This document shows, piece by piece, positions 8,989 through 18,530 of a DNA stretch of 32,000 nt; the first letter of the stretch is position 1; every line of letters starts with the position of its first letter. Source of the stretch: Aeropyrum pernix K1 (GTDB lineage Archaea; Thermoproteota; Thermoprotei_A; Sulfolobales; Acidilobaceae); NCBI RefSeq assembly GCF_000011125.1, contig NC_000854.2, positions 1,590,001 to 1,622,000 of the forward strand, given 5' to 3'. Under the pieces are notes generated by a model that was not told where the DNA came from, made no database searches, and worked only from the letters and a program-made list of their open reading frames with translations. Position numbers and translations under genes: made by a program.

Positions 8989-9141
8989 TCATCTAATCAT
9001 GACGTTTCCAGGGTCGCCGTAGTCCTCTATACTTCTCGTCTCAACTAGATCCACCACTCCGAAGAGTATATCACTAAGAGCTTCTGTTTTCTGCCTGGCA
9101 ACTGTGTATGCACCGTTATCTAGCCAGGAGGCTATAGCCTG
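8989..9141 (-). pseudogene. Possible decayed coding remnant: 50 codons open with no plausible full-length start
   Basis: The frame reads QAIASWLDNGAYTVARQKTEALSDILFGVVDLVETRSIEDYGDPGNVMIR*. It starts just after a TAG. Protein-like strings continue in other frames downstream on the same strand. Confidence 0.25.
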
Positions 9142-9845
9142 CTAAATATTGTTCCGGCCTTGAAGCCCGCCTCCCTGATCCCAAGAGTCTTCAGTGCCAT
9201 CCACATAGACGCAGTGTTACTGGAGACTACAGGCAACCCCGTATCCCTCTCCAGGAGCCCGATTACTTCGACTGTCCTGAGGTTTGTGCAGCTTATGAAG
9301 ATCGCGTCAGCCCCTTCTATCGACAGGGATCTAGCAAGCCTGTAAACCCTCCAAGGCGGCACCCTGCCTATATCCAGGTTTCCTAGTAGGCCTAGGGACT
9401 TGAAGTCTACTATATCGAAGCCGTGGTGTCTAAGGAACTCCTCCTCCCTCTTATTAACTTCTTCTATGTACGGTGTTGCAACTGCTATCCTGGAAGCCCC
9501 CAGGGCTTTGAGGGCCTCAACAACCGCTGTAGCCGTGGTTACAACCTGCACGCCTGAGGCACTGCTTAGCTTGTCCGCAATCTTTAAGTCGTACCCAGGG
9601 CCTCCTATGAGGCTGCCAGTAGTACACCCATAGACTATTAAGTCGACGCCCGCAGTTGCTAGCTTCTCCGCCTCAATAGCCGAGTACTCCTCCATCTTAA
9701 GGAGTTCTTCAACGCTAACTTTTTCTAAGGGGACCCTACCCGTATGTATGGACACACCCTCGGGGGCCATCATCCACATTTCAGGCTCCATGGTAGTGTT
9801 TGAAGATGGCACTATAAGACCTATCCTAGCCCTCCACCCATACAT
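9132..9845 (-). CDS. Asp/Glu racemase superfamily protein, maleate cis-trans isomerase-like
   Basis: IGLIVPSSNTTMEPEMW, cysteine motifs YGCTTGS and SCTNLRT, PVVSSNTASMWMALKTLG. The family N-terminus matches Met36 of the listed ORF (9132..9950), so the start was moved to 9845. Confidence 0.83.
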   Translation of the reverse strand: MYGWRARIGLIVPSSNTTMEPEMWMMAPEGVSIHTGRVPLEKVSVEELLKMEEYSAIEAEKLATAGVDLIVYGCTTGSLIGGPGYDLKIADKLSSASGVQVVTTATAVVEALKALGASRIAVATPYIEEVNKREEEFLRHHGFDIVDFKSLGLLGNLDIGRVPPWRVYRLARSLSIEGADAIFISCTNLRTVEVIGLLERDTGLPVVSSNTASMWMALKTLGIREAGFKAGTIFSRL

Positions 9846-9949
9846 AACAGTAGACCCCCAACATTTCACCGTTAATGTTAGGGGAGCACGATAAATATAA
9901 GTGGGTCTCTCGTTACATCTATTATAAATTTGGAAATTAGGTGGGATCA

Positions 9950-11233
9950 TTGTCTCAGTCTCGAAACCTCGCTCTAGCTGCCATAGTAGTCCTAGTGATT
10001 GTAATAGTGGCGGCGGTGGCGTTCCTCCGAGGCGGCGGTGGCGAGGTATCTGAGATCAAAATTGGTGTCATACTACCGTTAAGCGGCAGACTAGCCGAAA
10101 CGGGAGCAGACCTTAGGAGGGGTATAGAGTTTGCAGTCGATGAGATCAACAGCCAGGGTGGAGTGAAGGCTTGTGGAGGAGCTAAATTAACAGTCGTATA
10201 CGGGGATAGCGCTGGGAAGCCCGAGACAGGGGCTGCGGAGGCTGAGAGGCTGATATCCCAGGAGGGCGTGATTGCCCTGGTTGGCGCCTACCAGAGCAGC
10301 GTTACTAAGACTGCCAGCGAGGTGGCAGAGAGGTATCAAGTACCATTCATCAACCCAGATTCAACGTCGCCTGCACTCACTGAGAGGGGGTATAAGTGGT
10401 TCTTCAGGGTGACTCCTCACGATGAAATGTTCGCGGCACAACAGGCGGATTTTATAGACTGGCTAAACCAGAAATATGGATTGAACCTTAGGACATTCGC
10501 TATAATACACGAGGATACAGAGTGGGGCAGTAAAGTGGCTGAGGCATGGAAGAAATACTTCACGCAGCACGGCTACACGCTCGTTGAAGAGGTTAGCTAT
10601 CACGCGGCGACAGTCACAAGCCTCGACTCTGAGGTTCAGAAGCTTAAGGCGGCCAACCCCGACATCCTACTGGCGGCCTCATACATACAAGATGCTATAT
10701 TACTGGTACAGACAATGAAGGCTCAGAACTTCGCTCCCAAGGTTGTACTTGCCCAAGACGCCGGCTTCATAAATCCAAGCTATGTAAGCCAGGTGGGCAA
10801 GGACGGGTGGTACATATTCTCGAGGGAGGTGTTCAGCCCAGATCTAATAGATAAGATTCCCCGGTTAAAGGAGGTCAACGACAGGTATAAGAAGAAATAC
10901 GGGGTTGACTTAAACGGGAACTCCGCCAGAGACTACACAGGGATATGGGTCCTCTACTACGCCCTAGAGGATGCGTGCAAGAAAGCCTCACCATCAAACC
11001 CCGAGGAGTTCAGGAGGGCGCTGAGAGATTCGCTAGTGAATCTACAGCTCTCGCCAGACCAGATAATAATGCCTTGGAAAGGCGTTAAATTTGACGAGAA
11101 GGGGCAGAACATACTGGGGCAGGGATTGATAGTCCAGATGTTCGAAGACGGAAAATACCATGTAGTCTATCCAGAGGATTTCGCCGTTAGAGAACCTGTA
11201 GTCCCATTCCCTCCATGGAGCCAGAGGGGTTAA
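9950..11233 (+). CDS. livK: Branched-chain amino-acid/amide ABC transporter substrate-binding protein (LivK-like), N-terminally membrane anchored
   Basis: LALAAIVVLVIVIVAAVAFL anchor followed by IKIGVILPLSGRLAETGADLRRGIEFAVDEIN. TTG at 9950 is preceded by AGGTGGG. The track gives an in-frame GTG at 9941. Confidence 0.85.
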   Translation: MSQSRNLALAAIVVLVIVIVAAVAFLRGGGGEVSEIKIGVILPLSGRLAETGADLRRGIEFAVDEINSQGGVKACGGAKLTVVYGDSAGKPETGAAEAERLISQEGVIALVGAYQSSVTKTASEVAERYQVPFINPDSTSPALTERGYKWFFRVTPHDEMFAAQQADFIDWLNQKYGLNLRTFAIIHEDTEWGSKVAEAWKKYFTQHGYTLVEEVSYHAATVTSLDSEVQKLKAANPDILLAASYIQDAILLVQTMKAQNFAPKVVLAQDAGFINPSYVSQVGKDGWYIFSREVFSPDLIDKIPRLKEVNDRYKKKYGVDLNGNSARDYTGIWVLYYALEDACKKASPSNPEEFRRALRDSLVNLQLSPDQIIMPWKGVKFDEKGQNILGQGLIVQMFEDGKYHVVYPEDFAVREPVVPFPPWSQRG

Positions 11234-11329
11234 CCGCCTATATCAGTGCTAGGCCTTATTAGTCATTCCCACATTTGTTTTTCCCCGATCCTCTAGAGTT
11301 GTATAGTGTGGGTTAATGGTGTGTAGAGA

Positions 11330-12199
11330 TTGGAAGCTGAGGCTGTAACGTCAGCTATAGTCGATGGGTTACTCATCGGAGGAGCCTATGCCCTCGTAGC
11401 GATGGGTCTTGCCATGATCTGGGGCGTTATGGAGATCATTAACTTCGCGCATGGCGATTTTATGATGCTTGGAGCTCTGGCAGCCTACTATGCGTTCACG
11501 CTAATGGGGTTAGACCCCTTGGCTGGTGGTGTATTAGCGTTTGTAATGGTGTTCGCACTGGGTGTGGGGGTGCAGCGCGGCGTTATAAATAGGATATTAG
11601 ATGCTCCGTTATTGACGCAGATAGCCGCTACATTCGCTGTCCTCCTTATAATACGGTATGGGGTGCAGGCTGTCCTGGGCCCCTACACTAGGAGGCTTGT
11701 CACGTGGTATCAGGACTATTACGTGGGGCTGGGATTCACTACTGTACCCCTCTCTAAGCTTCTTATATTCCTGGTATCACTCGTCATATTGGCCCTACTA
11801 TATATATTGCTGAACAGGACTGACATGGGGATAGCCATTAGGGCTACATCACAGAATAGGATGGTGGCGCAGCTGATGGGAATAAATGTATCTAGGGTTT
11901 ACGACGTAACCTTCGGGATTGGTGTCGGTGTAGCTGCAGTAGGGGGCGCCCTGGTAGCGTTGTTCTACCCAATATTCCCTGAGATGGGGGGATTCTTCGC
12001 GTTAATAGCATTTATAGCGGTCGTCCTCGGAGGCTTTGGCAACGTGTATGGAGCCTATGTGGGAGGTTTGATTATAGGCGTTACGGAGAGTGTTAGCGCG
12101 TTATTTATAGAGCCCGCATTGAAGGATGTAGTAGCCTTCCTACTATTCATACTCATCATAATGATTAAGCCGACAGGATTATTTGGTAGGGGTGAATGA
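11330..12199 (+). CDS. livH: Branched-chain amino-acid-type ABC transporter permease LivH
   Basis: GLLIGGAYALVAMGLAMIWGVMEIINFAHGDFMMLGA and VVLGGFGNVYGAYVGGLIIG. Confidence 0.93.
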   Translation: MEAEAVTSAIVDGLLIGGAYALVAMGLAMIWGVMEIINFAHGDFMMLGALAAYYAFTLMGLDPLAGGVLAFVMVFALGVGVQRGVINRILDAPLLTQIAATFAVLLIIRYGVQAVLGPYTRRLVTWYQDYYVGLGFTTVPLSKLLIFLVSLVILALLYILLNRTDMGIAIRATSQNRMVAQLMGINVSRVYDVTFGIGVGVAAVGGALVALFYPIFPEMGGFFALIAFIAVVLGGFGNVYGAYVGGLIIGVTESVSALFIEPALKDVVAFLLFILIIMIKPTGLFGRGE

Positions 12200-13194
12200 T
12201 GTTGAGCGGTACAGCCGCGGCTAGTGTAAAGGAATTCGCAAGGTATTATCTGTATGGGGCTGCGATGATCCTAGCGGTAGCACCCGTCCTCCTCGACCTA
12301 GCGGGTAAGCCCTTCTACGTTAACATGATATTCCTATCATTAATGTATGGTATTTCAGCCATGGCATGGAATCTCCTCATGGGATACACGGGCCTATTCA
12401 GCCTGGGCCATGCAGTATTCTTCGGGGTAGGGGGATATACAGTTATAGTACTCGCTTTAAGGTACAATGTGACCCCCTGGATAGGTCTCCCAGTAGCTGG
12501 GCTAACAGCAGCCATGCTAGCCGCCGCGCTTAGCCCCCCGCTCCTGAGGCTGCGTAGCCACTGGTTCACCCTGGCCACTATAGCTTTGGGCGAGATATTC
12601 AGGCTTTCATTCGCCCATTGGGATTATGTGGGTGCATCTGCTGGCCTGCAGATGCCGATAAGCGAGAGGAGTATATACTATGTCCAGTTCGCCGGGGCTA
12701 CTGTGTACTCCTATATAGCAATGGCTATACTGGCGGTGGAGCTCCTATTCCTCTGGAAGATCATCAACTCAAAGACGGGCTTCTACATGCAGACCATAAG
12801 GGAGGACGAGCTTGTAGCTCAGACCCTAGGCATCAACACATTCAACTACAAGGCCCTTTCCCTCGTAATAAGCGCTTTCTTCACCGGCCTCGCCGGGGGG
12901 TTATACGCTATGAGGTTTAGATATGTCGATCCCTTCGCCGTATTCGACTTGATAACGATCTCTACATACATAGCGATAGCTGGCATAATAGGGGGTATAT
13001 ACACGTTCCTCGGCCCCCAAGTCGGCTCATTCATATTCGTCCCCATATCGGAGTATGTCAGGGCTAACATAGTCCAGGCGTTTCCCCGTGTCTACGGGCT
13101 CCACGTAGCCGTGCTGGGCGTGATACTACTCCTGATCTCCCTCTTCGCCCCCGAAGGGGTGCTGGGCTATATTAGGAGGAGGTGGAAGAGGTGA
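12196..13194 (+). CDS. livM: Branched-chain amino-acid-type ABC transporter permease LivM
   Basis: NLLMGYTGLFSLGHAVFFGVGGY, RENELVAQTLG-type segment (REDELVAQTLGI), and GIIGGIYTFLGPQVGSF. ATG overlaps the livH stop. Confidence 0.93.
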   Translation: MMLSGTAAASVKEFARYYLYGAAMILAVAPVLLDLAGKPFYVNMIFLSLMYGISAMAWNLLMGYTGLFSLGHAVFFGVGGYTVIVLALRYNVTPWIGLPVAGLTAAMLAAALSPPLLRLRSHWFTLATIALGEIFRLSFAHWDYVGASAGLQMPISERSIYYVQFAGATVYSYIAMAILAVELLFLWKIINSKTGFYMQTIREDELVAQTLGINTFNYKALSLVISAFFTGLAGGLYAMRFRYVDPFAVFDLITISTYIAIAGIIGGIYTFLGPQVGSFIFVPISEYVRANIVQAFPRVYGLHVAVLGVILLLISLFAPEGVLGYIRRRWKR

Positions 13195-13910
13195 CGATTA
13201 TACTCGACGTTAGGGATGTATATAAGAGGTTCGGGGGCATTGAGGCGCTTAAGGGTGTAAGCTTCTCTGTGAGGCGGGGGGAGAGGGTTGGGCTGATAGG
13301 CCCCAATGGCGCTGGCAAGACCACCCTCTTCAACATTATATCAGGCATTTACATGCCTGACAGGGGGAGGGTTATATATAAGGGGGTGGATATAACTGGG
13401 TGGCCGGCGTATAGGAGGAGTAGGGCTGGTATCGCTAGGACCTTCCAGATCGTAAGGCCCCTGGCCAACCTCACGGTGTTGAATAATGTTATAGTAGGCG
13501 CCTTACTCAGAACTAACGACATAAGGGAGGCTAGGGAGAGGGCTATGGAGGCTATAGATATGGTAGGGCTTGCGGGGAAGGAGGATATACTGGCGAAGGA
13601 TCTAAACTTGATTGAGAAGAAGAGGCTTGAGCTAGCCAGAGCATTAGCTACACAGCCGGAGCTGCTACTCTTAGACGAAATAGCCGCTGGCCTCAGGCCA
13701 AGGGAGGTTGACGACCTTGTATACACCTTACTGGAGATATCTAAGAGGGGTATAACCATTATCATGGTGGAGCATGTCATGAGGGCTGTCATGAACTTCG
13801 CCGAGAGAGTCATAGTTCTCCATTTCGGGGAGAAGATAGCTGAGGGAACGCCCAGGGAGGTCGCCAGCAACAAGCTTGTAATAGAGGCTTACATGGGCAC
13901 TGGTGGTTAG
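13182..13910 (+). CDS. livG: Branched-chain amino-acid-type ABC transporter ATP-binding protein LivG
   Basis: GPNGAGKTTLFN, RAGIARTFQI, LLLDEIAAGL, EHVM. The actual start may be GTG 13191. Confidence 0.93.
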   Translation: MEEVTIILDVRDVYKRFGGIEALKGVSFSVRRGERVGLIGPNGAGKTTLFNIISGIYMPDRGRVIYKGVDITGWPAYRRSRAGIARTFQIVRPLANLTVLNNVIVGALLRTNDIREARERAMEAIDMVGLAGKEDILAKDLNLIEKKRLELARALATQPELLLLDEIAAGLRPREVDDLVYTLLEISKRGITIIMVEHVMRAVMNFAERVIVLHFGEKIAEGTPREVASNKLVIEAYMGTGG

Positions 13911-14632
13911 TGATGGCTGAGCCCCTCCTAGAGGTTAAATCCATAGACGTATACTATGGCGAGTTCCAGGCACTCTTCGGCGTTAGCCTTAGGGTTTATA
14001 AGGGGGAAATAGTGGCTTTACTGGGGGGTAATGGCGCTGGGAAGACCACCACCCTCCTCACGATATCAGGCCTCCTAAAGCCCAGAAACGGCTCTATAAT
14101 ATGGCAGGGTAGGGATATAACGGGGCTACCAGCATTCAAGAGGGTTGAGGAGGGCATATCCCATGTACCCGAGGGCAGGGGCATATTCCCCAGACTGACA
14201 GTCTATGAGAACCTAAGAGTAGCGGCGTCAACCAGAAGGGCTAAAGAGCACTTCCAGGATTCCCTAGAACAGGTCTACACCATATTCCCTATACTAAAGG
14301 CTAGGCGCAGCCAGCTGGCAGGCACCCTGAGTGGGGGAGAGCAGCAGATGCTTGCAATAGCCAGGGCACTTATCCAGAGGCCTATTCTCCTAATGATGGA
14401 CGAGCCCAGCCTAGGGCTGGCACCCAAGCTAGCTAGGGATGTTATATACCTTGCATCTAGGCTGAGGGAGGAGCTGGGGGTGACGATACTGCTTGTGGAG
14501 CAGAACGTCGGCTTATCACTTAAGGTGGCCGATAGGGGGTATGTAATGGAGACTGGCAGGATAGTGCTTGAAGGTGCCTCCGACGAGCTGGCGCTAGATC
14601 CCCGCATTAAAGCTGCCTATCTAGGCTTGTGA
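13910..14632 (+). CDS. livF: Branched-chain amino-acid-type ABC transporter ATP-binding protein LivF
   Basis: GGNGAGKTT, VPEGRGIFPRLTVYENL, LSGGEQQMLAIARAL, LLMMDEPSLGL, VEQNV. Confidence 0.94.
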   Translation: MMAEPLLEVKSIDVYYGEFQALFGVSLRVYKGEIVALLGGNGAGKTTTLLTISGLLKPRNGSIIWQGRDITGLPAFKRVEEGISHVPEGRGIFPRLTVYENLRVAASTRRAKEHFQDSLEQVYTIFPILKARRSQLAGTLSGGEQQMLAIARALIQRPILLMMDEPSLGLAPKLARDVIYLASRLREELGVTILLVEQNVGLSLKVADRGYVMETGRIVLEGASDELALDPRIKAAYLGL

Positions 14633-14643
14633 GGTGTCCATGG

Positions 14644-16692
14644 TTGATTAGGGTTGGCGTCGATATAGGGGGAACGTTCACGGACCTCATAGTATTCGAC
14701 GAGGGTAGCGGCCGGTTGGAGTCGCTCAAGGTCCTGACAACGCCTAGGGAGCCGTGGGTCGGGGTTATCAGGGCTTTAGAGGAGGCAAGTGTTGATATTG
14801 AAGGGGTTGACGTCGTCATACACGCGACGACGCTCGGCACCAACATGTTCCTGGGGCAAGAGGGCCTCGAACCCCCCAGTGCAGTGCTTATAACTAACAG
14901 GGGCTTCAGAGACGTCTTGGAGATCGGGCGGCAGAACCGCCCAGAGCTCTACAACCTATATTTCACAAGGCCTAAACCCCTCGTACCGAGAGATAGGAGG
15001 CTGGTGGTTAAGGGTAGGATAGACGCCCGGGGTAACGTGGTGGAGGATATAGACCGGGGTGAGGTGGCACGTCTAGCCAAAGAGTGGTGCGGGAGAGCGG
15101 ATGTATTCATAGTGTCTATGCTTAACAGCCACATAAACCCCGTCCACGAGGATGAGATAGGGAGTATTATAACACGCGAGTGCCCTGGAGCCATTGTAGT
15201 AGAGGGGGCCAGAATAGACCCTCAGGAGAAGGAGTACGAGAGAACTAGTACGGCAGTCGTCAACGGGCTCCTCAAACCAATACTCTCAAAATACCTGAAG
15301 AGACTCAAGAGCGATCTCGAGGGGAGGGGCTTCAAGGGGATACTCTTATTGATGCAGAGCAGCGGTGGCGTGTCGACGGTGGACTATGCTGTCGAGAGGC
15401 CGGCGGCATTCATAGAGAGCGGCCCAGCCGCCGGGGCTATAGCGGTATCGTACTACGCTACGATGCAGGGGGTGGGAAGGGCTATAGGGTTCGATATGGG
15501 AGGTACAACCGCGAAGGCTTCGAGCATAATAGACGGAGAGCCCCTGGTAGTTAGAGAGTATGAGGTCGGGGCCAAGGTTCATATGGGCAGGCCGCTGAGG
15601 GGCTCCGGCTACCCTGTTAGGTACCCCTACATAGATCTTGTGGAGGTGAGTGCTGGGGGAGGGACGATCGCATGGGTAGACCCTGGAGGGGCAGTTAGAG
15701 TAGGTCCTGTTAGTGCAGGTGCAGATCCTGGGCCGGCGTGCTACGGGCTGGGAGGGGATAAGCCGACTTTAACCGATGCAAATCTAGTCCTTGGCAGGCT
15801 GCCTGAAGCCTTGGCGTGGGGTAGGATTAAGCTCTACAGGGATCTAGCTGTGAGGGCGCTGGCGTCCATAGCTGATAAGGCTGGGCTTGAGGTGGACGAG
15901 GCTGCCTGGGCTGTGATTAGGATAGCTAATACGGTGATGGGGAAGGCCCTTAGGCTAGTTACTGTAGAGAGGGGATATGACCCTAGGGAGTTCACGCTCT
16001 ACGCCTTCGGCGGCGCAGGCCCTCTACACGCCGCGGAGATAGGGGAGGAGCTGAGTGTCAGTCGTGTGGTAATCCCACCCTACCCAGGCGTTTTCTCATC
16101 CCTCGGACTGCTTGTGGCCGACTATAGGCATGACTACTACAGGTCTATAATGAGGAGCGCCTATGACCCGGAGACCCAGGATGCTGTGGAGGAGGCTTTC
16201 AAGGGGCTCGAGGAGGAGGCGATTAAGACGTTGAGGTCAGAGGGATTCAGCGATGAGAACATAAGGCTTGTGAGAACGCTCGACATGAGGTATAGGGGAC
16301 AGGCGTATGACTTATCCATACCCTACAGAGGCTCTGTAGAGGGATCTGCAAGATCTTTCGAGGAGGTGCATGAGGGTAGGTATGGCCATAGGCTTCCAGG
16401 GGAGGATGTCGTTGTAGTGAATGTGAGATTATCAGCCGTGGGTGTTACATCCAAACCCCGCCTACCCCGCGGAGAGGTCGTGGAGGGGAGGGCCGAGCCA
16501 CGCGGTTATAGGAGGGTATACTTCAAGGGCGGCTGGCTGGAGACCCCCATATATTGGAGGGGGGATCTACGGCCTGGAGCCTCTGGCAACGGCCCTGCCG
16601 TTGTCGAAAGCCCCGACAGCACCATAGTAGTTCCACCTGGCTACCGGTTTAGGGTGGAAGGGGACTACTCGGTTGTCATGGAGAGGTGGTGA
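14644..16692 (+). CDS. hyuA: Hydantoinase/5-oxoprolinase family protein, subunit A
   Basis: VGVDIGGTFTDLIVFD, TTLGTNM, ESGPAAGAIA, GFDMGGTTAK, FGGAGPLHA. TTG at 14644 follows GAGGTG and fits the family N-terminus. The track start is 14629. Confidence 0.92.
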   Translation: MIRVGVDIGGTFTDLIVFDEGSGRLESLKVLTTPREPWVGVIRALEEASVDIEGVDVVIHATTLGTNMFLGQEGLEPPSAVLITNRGFRDVLEIGRQNRPELYNLYFTRPKPLVPRDRRLVVKGRIDARGNVVEDIDRGEVARLAKEWCGRADVFIVSMLNSHINPVHEDEIGSIITRECPGAIVVEGARIDPQEKEYERTSTAVVNGLLKPILSKYLKRLKSDLEGRGFKGILLLMQSSGGVSTVDYAVERPAAFIESGPAAGAIAVSYYATMQGVGRAIGFDMGGTTAKASSIIDGEPLVVREYEVGAKVHMGRPLRGSGYPVRYPYIDLVEVSAGGGTIAWVDPGGAVRVGPVSAGADPGPACYGLGGDKPTLTDANLVLGRLPEALAWGRIKLYRDLAVRALASIADKAGLEVDEAAWAVIRIANTVMGKALRLVTVERGYDPREFTLYAFGGAGPLHAAEIGEELSVSRVVIPPYPGVFSSLGLLVADYRHDYYRSIMRSAYDPETQDAVEEAFKGLEEEAIKTLRSEGFSDENIRLVRTLDMRYRGQAYDLSIPYRGSVEGSARSFEEVHEGRYGHRLPGEDVVVVNVRLSAVGVTSKPRLPRGEVVEGRAEPRGYRRVYFKGGWLETPIYWRGDLRPGASGNGPAVVESPDSTIVVPPGYRFRVEGDYSVVMERW

Positions 16693-16694
16693 CC

Positions 16695-18353
16695 ATGGCC
16701 TTAGATAGTGTGACTATCGAGGTGATCAGGAACTCGGCCATATACATCTCAGAGGAGATGGGGGTTGTCCTGAGGGATACTGCGTTCAGCCCTAATATAA
16801 AGGATAGGCTGGACCACTCATGCGCGGTCTTGGCACCGGATGGAAGCCTCGTTGCCCAGGCCGAGCATATACCAGTCCATCTAGGTAGCATGAGTGTGGG
16901 TGTTGTGAACCTTGTCAAGTACATAGAGGATTTGGGGATGGATTTGGGGGTAGGGGATGTTGTTGTAACGAACGACCCATATATATCCGGGACGCACCTA
17001 AACGACCTCATGGCCATAAAACCCGTCTACGCCGGAGATTTCCATATAGCATACGTGGCTAACAAGGCCCATCACGTGGATGTAGGGGGCCTGGTTCCGG
17101 GTAGCATAGGTGGGGGTGCTAAGGAGTTAAGAGAGGAGGGAATAGTTATAGAACCTGTCAAGGTGGTTGAAGCTGGTAGTGTTAGGTGGGATATAGTTAG
17201 GATGCTGGAAGCCAACGTTAGGACCCCGAGGTACTTCCGGGGGGACTTGATGGCTCAGATCGCATCGCTCAACGTAGGAGAGGCTAGGCTGAGGGAGCTG
17301 GCGGGGAGATACGGTGGATCTGCCCTAGTAGAGGCCTGGGAGAGTATACTGGGCTATACGGAGAGGTATACAAGGGAGAAGATAGGGGAGGTGGCGGCCT
17401 TGGCTTCTGGGGTGTATAGAGCTAGGGATTACATGGAGACAAGCAAGGGAGAGCTCCTAGAGATAGTGGCTACACTAACGATTGATAAGGGAAGGCTCAC
17501 TGTGGACTATACGGGCACGTCCAAGCAGGTAGATGAACCCATAAACGCCGTATACGGGGTCACGGTAGCAGCCACGCTATTCGCCCTTAAGTCAACGCTA
17601 GACCCGGAGATGCCCATGAACCAGGGGTTCTTCAGGATCGTCGAGATAAAGGCGCCCGAGGGCACCCTAGTCAACCCTCTGAAACCAGCGCCAGTAGGCG
17701 GCGGGAATGTGGAGACAAGCCAGAGGATAGCTGACGTGGTCTTCAGGGCACTAGCCGAGGCACTACCCGAGAGGGTCCCCGCCGCGAGCTGCGGTACGAT
17801 GAGCAACGTCATGGTTGGGGGCAGGGGATGGGCATTCTACGAGACCAACGCCTGCGGCTCGGGTGCAAGACCCTGCTGCGATGGGGTTGACGGTGTCCAT
17901 ACAAACATGACCAACACGCTGAACACGCCGATCGAAGTCATCGAGAGGGAGTATCCCATACTATTCAATGCATACGAGTTAAGGCCGGACAGCGGGGGTC
18001 CGGGGATGTACCGAGGAGGCCTGGGTGTAGTGAGAGCCTTCACAGCCCTAGAGGACAACGTGACCATAACAATATTCGCCGAGAGGGGCTTAACGAGGCC
18101 CTGGGGCCTCAGCGGGGGAAGGCCAGGCCGTAGCTTCGAGGCAGTAATAACCAGGGCCGCGGGAGAGGTTGAGAGACTTATGTCGAAGCACACGGCAAAA
18201 CTCAATAGGGGGGATACAATAGCCATATACACGCCAGGCGGGGGAGGGTATGGAGACCCCTGTAAAAGAGATAGAAGCCTCATAGAACGTGACCTTAGGG
18301 AGGGCAGGATAACCATGGAATCGGCCGTTAAAGACTACTGTTATGATAGCTGA
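16695..18353 (+). CDS. hyuB: Hydantoinase/5-oxoprolinase family protein, subunit B
   Basis: ISEEMGVVLRDTAFSPNIKDRLDHSCAVLAPDG, AQAEHIPVHLGSM, NDPYISGTHLND, GGGYGDP. ATG 16695 follows GAGGTGG. The track start is 16686. Confidence 0.94.
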   Translation: MALDSVTIEVIRNSAIYISEEMGVVLRDTAFSPNIKDRLDHSCAVLAPDGSLVAQAEHIPVHLGSMSVGVVNLVKYIEDLGMDLGVGDVVVTNDPYISGTHLNDLMAIKPVYAGDFHIAYVANKAHHVDVGGLVPGSIGGGAKELREEGIVIEPVKVVEAGSVRWDIVRMLEANVRTPRYFRGDLMAQIASLNVGEARLRELAGRYGGSALVEAWESILGYTERYTREKIGEVAALASGVYRARDYMETSKGELLEIVATLTIDKGRLTVDYTGTSKQVDEPINAVYGVTVAATLFALKSTLDPEMPMNQGFFRIVEIKAPEGTLVNPLKPAPVGGGNVETSQRIADVVFRALAEALPERVPAASCGTMSNVMVGGRGWAFYETNACGSGARPCCDGVDGVHTNMTNTLNTPIEVIEREYPILFNAYELRPDSGGPGMYRGGLGVVRAFTALEDNVTITIFAERGLTRPWGLSGGRPGRSFEAVITRAAGEVERLMSKHTAKLNRGDTIAIYTPGGGGYGDPCKRDRSLIERDLREGRITMESAVKDYCYDS

Positions 18354-18388
18354 AATATCGGAAACCCTCTAGGCTGCTGGCACTGCTA

Positions 18389-18408
18389 AAACCCGGATAT
18401 CCGGGTTT
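18389..18408. terminator. 20-bp perfect palindrome AAACCCGGATATCCGGGTTT, 35 bp past the hyuB stop (candidate terminator/processing signal)
   Basis: Read directly; self-complementary along its full length. It lies 3' of the liv-hyu operon and 3' of the opposing small ORF at 18531..18860. Confidence 0.45.
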
Positions 18409-18530
18409 AGTCTCGACAATGATCGGTTGCTAGATTGCCCCTTCCATTACCTGATTGCTGTGACAGTGGCTCTTCCGCTTCTCCCCCATGTTGGCTAGAG
18501 CCGTAGATGGTTGACCTGAGCAGGGCTAGT

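Noticed and set aside
17507-18316. Minus-strand ORFs 17507..17812 and 17837..18316 inside hyuB
   Set aside because: Antisense to the conserved hyuB frame. No domain was recognised.
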